Shown: positions 50,408-60,115 of the stretch, piece by piece | How the letters are laid out: each line of letters begins with the position of its first letter | Position numbering within the stretch: position 1 is the first letter of the stretch | Program-made: the position numbers and the translations under genes | Notes under the pieces: model-generated | What the model was told of the DNA's origin: nothing | Seen by the model: the letters and a program-made list of their open reading frames with translations, nothing else | Database searches by the model: none | NCBI GenBank assembly: GCA_027001995.1 | Contig: JALTLO010000197.1 | Location: 14,781-78,780, forward strand | DNA: 64,000 nucleotides | Direction: 5' to 3' | From: Planctomycetota bacterium | Lineage (GTDB): Bacteria > Planctomycetota > GCA-002687715 > DRQF01

Positions 50408-52080
50408 GAGTTTGCTTTCTTGATGGTTGAGGCCAAGTCGTCTGGGAACAGGCGTAATAGGCTTTCAGTGATAAGGGGAGCTGCCATCCCCAAGCCACAA
50501 GCGGAGGATGACTTCATCACTTGCCCCATATCTTCAACTTCTTCTCGCCAAGCGGCAAATGTATCAGGGCCTGCGCTGCCAGCTAATCGTTCGGTCAATC
50601 TTTGGGTCCCGATGCGGCAAGGGAAACACTTGCCGCAAGATTCATGGGCAAAGAACGCCATGGCCTGTCGTCCCAAATCGACCATGTCTCGTGTTTCGTC
50701 GAATATCATGATGCCCCCAGCACCTAAGAAGGAGCCCTTGGCTCGAACGCTCGGTTCGTCCAGGGTAACCGCGTAGGCATCTTCCGCCCCCAAGAACCCT
50801 CCCGACAGTCCCGCCATGGTGACTGCCTGAAGTTTCTTGCCCCCTGGGATGCCGCCGGCCCATTCTTCGATCAAAGTCTTCAGCGGTAGTCCTAAGGGCA
50901 CTTCGTAGTTTCCAGGCTTTTCAATGTCACCGGACAGACTGATGAGCTTCGTCCCTTTGTGATCTCCAAGTCCCAAGGCCGCATAGCGTGCAGCACCATT
51001 CATGACGATCCATGGGACGCTGGCCAATGTTTCAACATTGTTAACGGCAGTGGGCAGATCATTGAAGCCATGAGTCACCGGATATGGGGGACGATTGCGG
51101 GGGAAGGGGTGTTTTCCTTCTAAACTATTGAGCAAGGAAGTCTCTTCACCGCAAATGTAGGCACCAGCACCTCGGCGCAGGTGGATTTGGAATTCGTAGC
51201 CTGACCCCAGAATGTCTTTTCCTAAAAGGCCAGCGTCGCGAGCTTCCTGAAGAGCCTGCCCTAGTGTTTTCAATGTTTCTGGGTATTCGTAGCGTAAGTA
51301 AATGAAACCTTCGCTGGCCCCACAGCAAAAAGCGGCGAGGATCATACCCTCAATAACGAGGTGGGGGTCGTGGTCTAAAAGGGTGCGGTCCTTAAAACAT
51401 CCGGGTTCTCCCTCGTCAGCGTTGCAGACCACATACTTAGGAGACCCCTGGGCATCGGCAACGGCCTGCCACTTTTCTCCCGTAGGAAAACCTGCTCCCC
51501 CTCGGCCAGCCAAACCACTGGCCTTCACTTCTGCCAGAGTTCTCTCTCGCCCCAGATCGTTGAGGGCTTTTTCTGCTGCCAAATACCCCCCACTTGCCTG
51601 GTAACCAGCCAGTGATTTTCTGTCCGGATCGCGAATCTCGGCGAAAACACATTCTTCCAGACCACCAGGATTTGGGATGGGGCGTGGTGTTTCCGGGGTG
51701 GGAACGATGGCATCGGGAGCAATCTGGTAGGTGCGATTGCCTCGAAGTGCTGGGATTGGCACATCGCAGCGTCCACTGCAAGGCATCGATCTTGCCCCAT
51801 CACCTTGCATGGCCTTCAAGATTTCTTGAGATCCTTTGAGGCTACAAATCGGACCTGTGCAGATGCGCAAATCATCGTGGCTCCCGCTTTCCATACTCAG
51901 ATGGTCGTAGAAAGTCACGGTCCCGAATAGCTCCGCTTTTGGGATGCGGAGTGCCTTGGCTATGGCCAAGATGGCCTCTTCCGTAATCTTCAAGTCGCGT
52001 TCGTGAAATGCGTGCAACATACCCAACAAAGGAGCTGGTTGGGTCCGCCACTCTTCAATGATCTTCTCAGTGGATTCCAT
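50404..52080 (-). CDS. NAD(H)-binding formate dehydrogenase beta subunit (fused NuoE-like 2Fe-2S + NuoF-like FMN/NADH/4Fe-4S)
   Basis: The N-terminus has the NuoE cysteine pattern (C..C...C...C). NuoF motifs GGAGFPTG and ESCGKCFPCR. Overlaps the fdhA start by 4 nt. Confidence 0.8.
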   Translation of the reverse strand: MESTEKIIEEWRTQPAPLLGMLHAFHERDLKITEEAILAIAKALRIPKAELFGTVTFYDHLSMESGSHDDLRICTGPICSLKGSQEILKAMQGDGARSMPCSGRCDVPIPALRGNRTYQIAPDAIVPTPETPRPIPNPGGLEECVFAEIRDPDRKSLAGYQASGGYLAAEKALNDLGRERTLAEVKASGLAGRGGAGFPTGEKWQAVADAQGSPKYVVCNADEGEPGCFKDRTLLDHDPHLVIEGMILAAFCCGASEGFIYLRYEYPETLKTLGQALQEARDAGLLGKDILGSGYEFQIHLRRGAGAYICGEETSLLNSLEGKHPFPRNRPPYPVTHGFNDLPTAVNNVETLASVPWIVMNGAARYAALGLGDHKGTKLISLSGDIEKPGNYEVPLGLPLKTLIEEWAGGIPGGKKLQAVTMAGLSGGFLGAEDAYAVTLDEPSVRAKGSFLGAGGIMIFDETRDMVDLGRQAMAFFAHESCGKCFPCRIGTQRLTERLAGSAGPDTFAAWREEVEDMGQVMKSSSACGLGMAAPLITESLLRLFPDDLASTIKKANS

Positions 52081-52099
52081 GGGTCGTCTCTAGGGGAAC

Positions 52100-52879
52100 T
52101 TAGTAGTCGAGGCCCAACTTCTTGAGCTTGGGAGTGATAGTGTAGCGGCAATAGGGATTCGCGTTTTTCTTCCGTCGGTAGTAGTCCTGGTGTTCTGCCT
52201 TTGCCTTCCAGAAGTGGCTGGCCTCGGTGATCTCCGTTACGATGGGGTCTGCGAATGCCCCAGACTTTCCTACTTTCATCTTGGAGTCTTCAGCGATTTC
52301 TCTCTGCTCAGGGCTGTGATAGAAAATCACTGAGCGATATTGAGTCCCTACGTCGTTGCCTTGACGGTTGAGAGTTGTAGGGTCGTGGAGTTTCCAGAAC
52401 CATCCCAGGAGCTCACGGTATTTGATCTTGCTTGGATCGAAGTGCACTTGGACCACTTCCGCATGACCGGTGGTGCCCCGGCAAATGTCCTCGTAGCTTG
52501 GATCGTTCAGGTGCCCACCCATGAATCCGGATTCAATCTTGGTGACACCTTCTACTTGTTGCAAAACAGCTTCGATGCACCAATAGCATCCGGCACCAAG
52601 TGTGGCGATTTCGTCGTGGGAAGTTTGTGGACTCATTTTCTTGGTTTCCTTGGGCCGAGGATTGTTGTTGGTGGCAGTGTCTTCTGGCTTGGAGCCGCAA
52701 GCAAAGAGAAAGCAACTAACGAAGGTGAGGGTGACAACGAATATTCTGAACATAACATTCCTTACTGGGCGCGATGACTTGAAGCCTATGATAGCTGATA
52801 CACCCAAGATCGCCATATTGTTGCATGTTCGATGAGGATGGGAGGCGGTTTTTTTGACCGCAGAGGTTTCAGCCCTCAA
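52100..52879 (-). CDS. msrA: Peptide methionine sulfoxide reductase A (secreted/lipid-anchored)
   Basis: GAGCYWC active-site motif and the conserved C-terminal region. N-terminal hydrophobic/lipoprotein-like leader. The true start may be the internal Met near 52751. Confidence 0.85.
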   Translation of the reverse strand: MRAETSAVKKTASHPHRTCNNMAILGVSAIIGFKSSRPVRNVMFRIFVVTLTFVSCFLFACGSKPEDTATNNNPRPKETKKMSPQTSHDEIATLGAGCYWCIEAVLQQVEGVTKIESGFMGGHLNDPSYEDICRGTTGHAEVVQVHFDPSKIKYRELLGWFWKLHDPTTLNRQGNDVGTQYRSVIFYHSPEQREIAEDSKMKVGKSGAFADPIVTEITEASHFWKAKAEHQDYYRRKKNANPYCRYTITPKLKKLGLDY

Positions 52880-55865
52880 GTGCTGCTAATGTCTGCCAGA
52901 AATTGAGCCAGCGTTGTCGCTCCTCAGAGGGCAAAAATACTGGGAAATTTGGCCCATGGCATTCGGTCAAACGGGGGTCGGCGAGCCAAAGGCTTCGCTC
53001 TCTTTGAATGACAAATGGGGTTGATCCGCTTAAGCCAGCTTCATTGGCATCCAAAAATCGAGAAGCGGCAGAAAGGGCTCGTTCCCAGAGTTTGGCCTGC
53101 ATGTCTGAATTGATGTTCTCTTGTCGTGCCAACCATAGAAGACTTGCTAACGCATCTCTTTCGATTCCTCTGGGTTGAGGCCCAAGGGTGCCACGGGGGG
53201 GAAGGCTGCCTTGACGTCCTGGGCCACGGCGTCGTCCCCGGGCAATGGCATCCAGCCAAGCGTTGCTCGCTTCGTTGGCCAGTTTGTTCCAGGTGAGAGT
53301 GCGGGCTCGGTCAATGGAGCCCCGCAGGGAAGGGGTGTCAAGAGGTCGGCCCATTTTCCTGAGAACTTGCAAATCTTGAATTCTTTTCCTGAGGCGGCTG
53401 AGCCTGATGGATTTCTTGTGGCCATCAATAACCTTCAAGGCGCCTTCTAAATTGCCTTGATCTGCTAAGGCTCTGGCCCATGTTGCCGGGAGTCCTTCAT
53501 GGAGTCCCCCTAAGTCGATTCCAGCTTTTGCCGCTTTGATGGAAGCTGCGAAATCCCCAGCCGCCAAGTTCGCCATGGCCAACCGTGGCCACAACTCGTC
53601 GTGTTCCGGATGAATCCGAGCTGCAGTTCGCAAGAACTCCAATTCGGTTTTTGCCGAAACCTGAAAGTAAATGTCGCTCAGGGTACGGTCTAAATTTTCT
53701 CTCTTGACGCGGTTCCCTCCGTACATCACTTCCACGGCGTTCTTGGTTTCCCCCGATCGCAAAAGAGCAATGACCAAGTGCTTTCTGGCGAAAACGCTTC
53801 CAGGTTGGAGTGAAAGGGCAATCCAGGCGTGTCTCGTCGCCATATCGATGTCCGCTTGTGATCGTTGATCGGCAAGGGGAACACCCAATGGGCGATTGCG
53901 GCTGGCTAACATGGCGATGTGGTGGTTGATCCAAAAGTCATCCGGGTGGGCCACGAAACCTAACCACAAAACATGGAGAGCTTCTTGACGTTCGTTTTCC
54001 CGAACCAAGCTGATGGCCAAAAGGAGGATGCTTTGGGTGTTTCGTTTCTCTAAACCTTTCTCCCTGGCCAATTCCAAGAGAGCTTTTCGATCGTTCTCCA
54101 AAGCCACAGAGCGCAGGCGACGGCGCCAAGGATCTGTGTCCAAGAGTTGGCTGGTGCTGACGAGCTTGGACCAGAGTGATTCAGGCCCTTGGGCTTTCAT
54201 GTTTCTCGTCGAGGCGGATCGCCCTCCGGCTTGCCGTTCTCGGGCGGCCCAGTCGTCTAAAGCTGCCAATATTTTTCTTCGCAAATAGGGCGGTTGGGGG
54301 TCAAGTCTTCGAAAAGCAGATTCTGGGGAGTGCTTTTCCATGTCGATCCCGAATGTGGTGAATGCGGCGGCGTACTCCTTGCGGCCAACATTCGGGTCGT
54401 CAATGGGTAACTGACGGATGTGGTCGATTTCCTTGGCGAAAGTTTCCTGAGCCAGGGATGCCTTTTCTTTGGCTAACGCCGCCTTCTTGTGGGAGGACAA
54501 TTGCTCGCGGGTGAGGGCAAGCTTGGTATGGAGGTCTTTCGGTCCATTGTCTCGCAGCAGAATAAGATCGGCCCGCCTGAGTGCTTCTTCCATGGCATCC
54601 CAGGATTTCTCCTGTGATCTCAAGTTCGCCGTTCGGAGAGCCCCTTCAAAATTCGTTCGCATTTCGATGAGGTCTTCGTTGCGGGCAGTGATCCAATTCC
54701 ACCATAAACCACCGCTCACCAGCAGAACCAAGATGACCAAGGCACCCAAAGCCATTGTGAGTCGCCTTGCTTTGCGCTCTTCGATGAGTTTGTGGTGGGC
54801 GGCTTGGGTTTCTATTTTCGCCCCTTGGAGGTCTTCTTCTAATTTGTCGATATAGCTGGCAACCACATCAGCGACGATAAAAGCGTTTCTTGGGCGCGAT
54901 GCAACCACCGGCTCCAAACACCAAATGGACAGTTCTTTGATTTCCCTTGGCCCGTCAGCCGCGGAAATCCGTGTCACGGCGTCTTTCATATCCCCTTTGG
55001 CCGCAATTGTCGCTGCATGTACGCCACTCTCTGGGAGGTGAGGTGGGGCTCCCGTGAGTATTTCGCAGAGGATGCCCCCTAAGGCGAAGACATCGCAGCG
55101 TTCGTCGATTTCATCGATTTCGCCCCGGGCTTGCTCCGGGGACATGTAGCCAGGAGTGCCCAAGACGGAACCACTCATGGATTCAGAGCTTCCACTGCTG
55201 CTGCGGATGGTCCTCAGTGAATTCTGGTTTCTTGGTTGTTTGTTGGGTGTGCTCTGATTCGGGTTCTTGATGAGCTTGGCAAAGCCCCAGTCCAAGACCT
55301 GCACTTCGCCGAATGCTCCGATCATGATGTTTGATGGTTTGAGGTCGCGATGAATGACACCACGGGCGTGAGCGAAGGAGATTGTCTGACACAAAGAACT
55401 GAATATTTGGATCAGATGGCCAAGATTCTCTTCGACGGTTCTTCGTCTTTTCAAAACATCGGTGAGGGTTTCGCCCTTGACCAGCTTCATGACAAAGAAA
55501 GGGCGGTCCCGTTCGTCTAAACCAGTTTCATAAATGGGCACGATGCCTGGGTGCTGGAGTTGGCCGGCAATCTGGGCTTCTTCAAGAAAACGAGCCATGG
55601 CCGAGTTTTCGTCGATCCGGTCGCGACGGATAACCTTGATGGCGACGTCTCTTTCTAAGCGATCATCTCGGGCGCGATAGACAATGCCCATACCACCTCG
55701 GGCAATCTCGTCCAGCAAACGAAATCGACCGCACCAACCGTTGTGCTCCGTCTCTTCTTCCTCATCGTCGTTTTGGGAAAAGACTTCCCCCAATCCCAAG
55801 TCCCAGACAGATTCCACGTCTTCTTCTTCGAAGGCTGACTCGTCTTTGTCTTCTTCGTGACTCAT
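52869..55865 (-). CDS. Ser/Thr protein kinase with TM segment and TPR-like C-terminal domain
   Basis: [31 protein letters not shown] and SPEQ kinase motifs. The start abuts the stop of the ECF sigma gene. Confidence 0.85.
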   Translation of the reverse strand: MSHEEDKDESAFEEEDVESVWDLGLGEVFSQNDDEEEETEHNGWCGRFRLLDEIARGGMGIVYRARDDRLERDVAIKVIRRDRIDENSAMARFLEEAQIAGQLQHPGIVPIYETGLDERDRPFFVMKLVKGETLTDVLKRRRTVEENLGHLIQIFSSLCQTISFAHARGVIHRDLKPSNIMIGAFGEVQVLDWGFAKLIKNPNQSTPNKQPRNQNSLRTIRSSSGSSESMSGSVLGTPGYMSPEQARGEIDEIDERCDVFALGGILCEILTGAPPHLPESGVHAATIAAKGDMKDAVTRISAADGPREIKELSIWCLEPVVASRPRNAFIVADVVASYIDKLEEDLQGAKIETQAAHHKLIEERKARRLTMALGALVILVLLVSGGLWWNWITARNEDLIEMRTNFEGALRTANLRSQEKSWDAMEEALRRADLILLRDNGPKDLHTKLALTREQLSSHKKAALAKEKASLAQETFAKEIDHIRQLPIDDPNVGRKEYAAAFTTFGIDMEKHSPESAFRRLDPQPPYLRRKILAALDDWAARERQAGGRSASTRNMKAQGPESLWSKLVSTSQLLDTDPWRRRLRSVALENDRKALLELAREKGLEKRNTQSILLLAISLVRENERQEALHVLWLGFVAHPDDFWINHHIAMLASRNRPLGVPLADQRSQADIDMATRHAWIALSLQPGSVFARKHLVIALLRSGETKNAVEVMYGGNRVKRENLDRTLSDIYFQVSAKTELEFLRTAARIHPEHDELWPRLAMANLAAGDFAASIKAAKAGIDLGGLHEGLPATWARALADQGNLEGALKVIDGHKKSIRLSRLRKRIQDLQVLRKMGRPLDTPSLRGSIDRARTLTWNKLANEASNAWLDAIARGRRRGPGRQGSLPPRGTLGPQPRGIERDALASLLWLARQENINSDMQAKLWERALSAASRFLDANEAGLSGSTPFVIQRERSLWLADPRLTECHGPNFPVFLPSEERQRWLNFWQTLAALEG

Positions 55866-56546
55866 CTAGCGCAGGAGATCCAGAAGCTTCAGACATTCTT
55901 CGTCGACCGAAGCCAAGGATTGAGGATTGTGATATAGCACTTCTTCTCGCAGGGCTCGTTTGAATTCAGCTCTCGCCTTGCGGTATTCCACATGGGCAAC
56001 ATCGGCATCCATGCCAAGGTCGGCGGCAATCTTTCGAATTGGTAATCCTGAGCCAAATCGCAATTTGAGAATCTCCACCCGGCGCAGGCTATCTTCGCCT
56101 TCTAAGGCAGCTTGGGTTTGGTGCCTTTCACCGGCTCTGGACAACATGGTTTTTGCCCATGCTTTGTCGAATGCTGTGGCGATGCTCTCGTTCTCGGCTT
56201 CAACAACGTTGAGAACGGAATCACCCTGACTTTTTTCGGCAGGGGACTCTCGCCGCTCTTCATAACGTCGCGCGATGTTACGAACGACGGCGAAAAGAAA
56301 GCTGCGAAATCGCCCTTGGCCATTGGCTTCGACCCGAGCCAAGGGGCCTTCTGGTCGGAGGCATTCCAAGAAGACGTCTTGCACGGCGTCGTCATACCAT
56401 TTCCACATGGGGCCTTGTCGCCATCGAGCGCTCAAATAGGCGCGAACGATGGATAGGTACTGCCTGGCAAATTCTGAGCGTGCTTCTTCGTCGCCACCCG
56501 CGGCTTTCGCGACCATGGTCCAGCATGTGACATCGCTTTTTGGCAC
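55866..56546 (-). CDS. ECF-type RNA polymerase sigma factor
   Basis: Sigma-70 region 2-like N-terminus. Region 4 HTH (LRFGSGLPIRKIAADLGMDADVAHVEYRKARAEFKRAL). Directly upstream of the kinase gene. Confidence 0.7.
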   Translation of the reverse strand: MPKSDVTCWTMVAKAAGGDEEARSEFARQYLSIVRAYLSARWRQGPMWKWYDDAVQDVFLECLRPEGPLARVEANGQGRFRSFLFAVVRNIARRYEERRESPAEKSQGDSVLNVVEAENESIATAFDKAWAKTMLSRAGERHQTQAALEGEDSLRRVEILKLRFGSGLPIRKIAADLGMDADVAHVEYRKARAEFKRALREEVLYHNPQSLASVDEECLKLLDLLR

Positions 56547-56933
56547 CGGAGTCTCCGAAAGTTACGTTCTTTGTCTTTTGCCTCAACTCGGATGGGATCT
56601 GTGAACCTCATGGGACCGGAAATCCGCCCTGAATTCGGCAACTCTCATAAGTTTAGCTTGCCATGCGGACGACAGCGAGCCATGGGAAAGAACTTTTTCT
56701 TTCGGTCTTTTCTCCGTGAGATCGAGCCCAATTCAAGAAAAATTAGAATTCCATTTCGAAAACGCAATCAGAGCGGATGAGTCTTTGTTGTTGGAGTTTG
56801 CACCATTCTTCGGCCCTCCAGCCGACTTTTGGCCTTTGCCAGGGTGGAAACAGCCCGTTTGTCGTCGATAAGCCGAGACCTCCCAGGCACGGGGTGGTCA
56901 AGGGCGCACTTATCTGGGAAATGGGCATAGGAG

Positions 56934-56973
56934 CCCAGTGATACCTCGATGGAGGTTTCACTGGGCTTTTTTT
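56934..56973 (+). terminator. Strong intrinsic terminator (CCCAGTGA-t-ACCTC-gatg-GAGGT-t-TCACTGGG + CTTTTTTT) with no annotated upstream plus-strand gene
   Basis: Direct reading: a 13-bp interrupted stem followed by a 7-T run, on the plus strand only. Confidence 0.55.
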
Positions 56974-57184
56974 CGCTCTTTCCCACTGCAAAAACCCCCC
57001 AATGACCCAGAATGGATTAGGTCAGGGCTTGTTCCTGAGATGGTGGCATTCCAAAGATATTTCTTGACAGGGCATGGAGTCAAAGATGGGGAAGACGGCC
57101 CCGGCGGGGGCGAGAAAGTGAATAATTCGTTTCGGTGGGATTCTTCTATGGACATGGGCGTGGTGGGTCCTCGATAATTGGGCC

Positions 57185-60055
57185 ATGAATGAGGAATCAC
57201 AACACGAGAATCTGGTGCGCCAGACAGTCCGTCAGTTGAGAAATCTCTCTCTTAGAGCTGAAAGACGGGAGGTTTTGGACGTACTCCGCTTGGCAGACGA
57301 GGCGGCCTATTCTGAGGTTATGGAACTCATGCGTTTGGACCCCACTCTTCAGTTGGGCTCAGCCCACTCCCATGCTGACAATCTGAGTGATTTGACCTTT
57401 GTTGGCGAAAAGGTAGAGGATGATGGGGGCGTCGGGGTCCTTCCTGCAGCGATGCCTCAGACTCAGGTGGGGGAGTTTCGCATCATCAGGCAGATTGGTA
57501 CCGGTGGCATGGGGCTGGTCTATGAAGCAGAGCAAGAAAATCCGAATCGCCGGGTTGCCCTGAAAGTGATGCGTGCGGATTTGATGAGCGAGGGTCTCCG
57601 AGAGCGATTTCAGTTCGAGGCGGAGATCTTGGGGCGCTTAGATCATCCAAATATTGCCAGAATCTTCGCCAGTGGATGGCAGGAAACAGCCGTCGGTAAG
57701 CAGCCTTGGTTCGCTATGGAATTAGTCGCAGGTTTGAGCATTCTGGCCTATGTCCAGGAAGAGAATCTGAGCTTGGAAGAGAAGGTTGCCCTATTTTTGG
57801 GGGTGATTGAAGGGGTTCATGGGGCTCATCAAAGAGGCGTTATACATCGAGATTTGAAACCAGCGAATGTGATGGTCAATGACGAAGGCCGGGTAAAGGT
57901 CTTGGATTTCGGACTTGCCAAGCTGGCAGATTCCACGATGGATGCCATGAAGACCCAGACCGGGCAATTGGTGGGCACTCTCAACTATATGAGCCCAGAG
58001 CAGGCCGGAGGGGATTCTGATGAACTCGATGTTCGAACCGATGTCTACTCTCTCGGTTGTGTACTCTATGAACTTCTGAGTGGTGAAGTCCCGGTGGACA
58101 CCCGGGGCCAAAACCTGACCAGGTCGATTGTCGAGATTCAAGAGAAGACTCCAGTTGAACTCGGTATCATCAACCCGGCATGTCGCGGCGATCTGGCACT
58201 CATTGTGAGCAAGGCCATCGCTAAGGACAAAGAAATGCGCTACGGATCGGCCGCCGCCTTGGGAGATGATCTCCGTCGATTCTTGGCCAATGAAGCGATC
58301 GTCGCTAGGCCTCCTTCCGCGTGGTATCAGCTCAGGAAACTGGGGCAAAGAAATCGCGTGGCGTTTCTTGCGGTTGCGGGCGTGTTAGTTGCGATCATTG
58401 TTGGGGGTGTCGTATCGTTGAAGTTTGCTGTGGAGGCGGAAGAACACGCCCGGATCGCCGAGAGCGAAAAACAGCGGGCGGAGATGGAGTCAAGGAAGCG
58501 ACTCCGCTTGGCAGAAGAGGCGAGGCGAGAATCAGAAAGAGCGGAGGCTGAGGCGAAGGCTCGACTTAAGGCAACAGAAAGATCGAATCGATACTCCCAA
58601 TTCATCATCGAGACGTTTGCCAATATCGATCCCAATATTGCCAGGGGAAAGGAGATTTCTCTGCGTCAGGCCATGCAGGAAGTGGAGGCAAAATTCGAAA
58701 AGAGTCTGGGCGATGATCCTGAGAGTCTAGCGCGCTTACATGGTTTTTTTGCCACTATGAGTGAAAGTCTTGGTGATCCAGAGGGGGCTCTTGATCACGC
58801 GAAGAAAGCGGCCGGCCTTCTGGAGCGTTTTCCCCAAGAGACAAGAATTCTTGCCCAAGTGGAGAAAATCTGGGCTTTGAGTTTGGCGAGGCTGGGGCAT
58901 GTTGAAGAGGCGGAGTTTCATTTGAATCGGGTTGAAGAAATCCTGAAGGCTGATGGCCTGGAAGAGGGGACGATGGCAGCTACCCTCTTGGCGGACAAGG
59001 CGGAACTCTATGAGCGAATGGGGCGCTACAAAGACGGCCTTTCTCTTGCGGATAGAGCCCTTGCTCTCCGCTTGAAGATTTTCGGGCCCGATCATGAAGA
59101 TGTCATCATGAGTCGATTTATCCGAGCGTCGATCTTAACGGCTATGGAGAACTTCGACTTGGCTAAGGAAGAGGCGACTCGTTGTCTTGAATATCGTGCA
59201 GCAAACTTGCCGAGGAATCATCCCTTGGTGGCCGAGGCGCACAATCTCATGGCCCGTATTGCGGTGGGGCGGGGAGAAATTCAGTCTTCGATTGAGCACA
59301 CTCAAGCAGCCATTGCCATCCAGAAGATTGTCTTTCCTGAAGGTGGCAGACCACTCCGAGCGAATCTCATGAACTTGGGGTTTCTTTATATGCAAGAGGG
59401 GAAGCTCGAGCTCGCCAGGGAAACTTTGAAAGCGGCATTGCACGCTTACGAGACCTCTGATGGTCAACAAGATCCAGTGGGGTTTTCCGTCTGTTACATC
59501 ACTCTCTCGGATATCTATGACCAGCAAGGGGAATTGGGATTGGCTTTGGATGCCATTTCTCAGGCGGTGGCCTTGCTTCAGTCTCACCCTGGAGTGGCCC
59601 CCATCAATTTGGCTCACGCGCTTAGTCGCAAAGGATCATACTTGTCCGCTAAGGAGTCGGAACCGCTCTACCGACAGGCTCGGGACTTGTTCAGGAAGTC
59701 GGAATCGAGGACATCGCCCAATGCCTTGACAGCGTCTCGTCACCTCACGGCTGCTCTCATGAAGCAGGAGAAGTTCATAGAATGCCGCGACCTCTTAGAG
59801 GAGTTGCGAACTGAAATTGACAGTGCCAAGAACATCCCATTTCGGGAACGCATGGCAATTCATGTCAATCTTGGACTTACCTATGACAAACTGAAAATGT
59901 TTGCCAAGGCCGAAGAGTCTCTCCTCTATATTTACCGGCTTTGCCAAGAAGCTGGCCCACCCGCAGCCAGATCTTTGGCCGCGGTGAAGAAGAACCTCTT
60001 CGATTTCTACAGACGCTTGGGCAAGAAAGAAAAAGCAGCCAATTTCAAACCCTGA
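57185..60055 (+). CDS. Ser/Thr protein kinase with TM segment and TPR repeat C-terminal domain
   Basis: GTGGMGLVYEA, ALKVM, HRDLKPANVMV, DFGLAK and SPEQ. Long TPR-like tail. Confidence 0.85.
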   Translation: MNEESQHENLVRQTVRQLRNLSLRAERREVLDVLRLADEAAYSEVMELMRLDPTLQLGSAHSHADNLSDLTFVGEKVEDDGGVGVLPAAMPQTQVGEFRIIRQIGTGGMGLVYEAEQENPNRRVALKVMRADLMSEGLRERFQFEAEILGRLDHPNIARIFASGWQETAVGKQPWFAMELVAGLSILAYVQEENLSLEEKVALFLGVIEGVHGAHQRGVIHRDLKPANVMVNDEGRVKVLDFGLAKLADSTMDAMKTQTGQLVGTLNYMSPEQAGGDSDELDVRTDVYSLGCVLYELLSGEVPVDTRGQNLTRSIVEIQEKTPVELGIINPACRGDLALIVSKAIAKDKEMRYGSAAALGDDLRRFLANEAIVARPPSAWYQLRKLGQRNRVAFLAVAGVLVAIIVGGVVSLKFAVEAEEHARIAESEKQRAEMESRKRLRLAEEARRESERAEAEAKARLKATERSNRYSQFIIETFANIDPNIARGKEISLRQAMQEVEAKFEKSLGDDPESLARLHGFFATMSESLGDPEGALDHAKKAAGLLERFPQETRILAQVEKIWALSLARLGHVEEAEFHLNRVEEILKADGLEEGTMAATLLADKAELYERMGRYKDGLSLADRALALRLKIFGPDHEDVIMSRFIRASILTAMENFDLAKEEATRCLEYRAANLPRNHPLVAEAHNLMARIAVGRGEIQSSIEHTQAAIAIQKIVFPEGGRPLRANLMNLGFLYMQEGKLELARETLKAALHAYETSDGQQDPVGFSVCYITLSDIYDQQGELGLALDAISQAVALLQSHPGVAPINLAHALSRKGSYLSAKESEPLYRQARDLFRKSESRTSPNALTASRHLTAALMKQEKFIECRDLLEELRTEIDSAKNIPFRERMAIHVNLGLTYDKLKMFAKAEESLLYIYRLCQEAGPPAARSLAAVKKNLFDFYRRLGKKEKAANFKP

Positions 60056-60115
60056 TCCGACGGCTTCATAAGGTTGCGGTTCCCAGTTAGCGAATTTTCT
60101 GGGCAAGATCACAGC

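Noticed and set aside
56709-56941. 58-codon plus-strand frame (MSLCCWSLHH...) ending inside the orphan terminator stem, as a confirmed small protein
   Set aside because: No convincing RBS or conservation evidence. Kept only as an alternative within the sRNA/leader finding.
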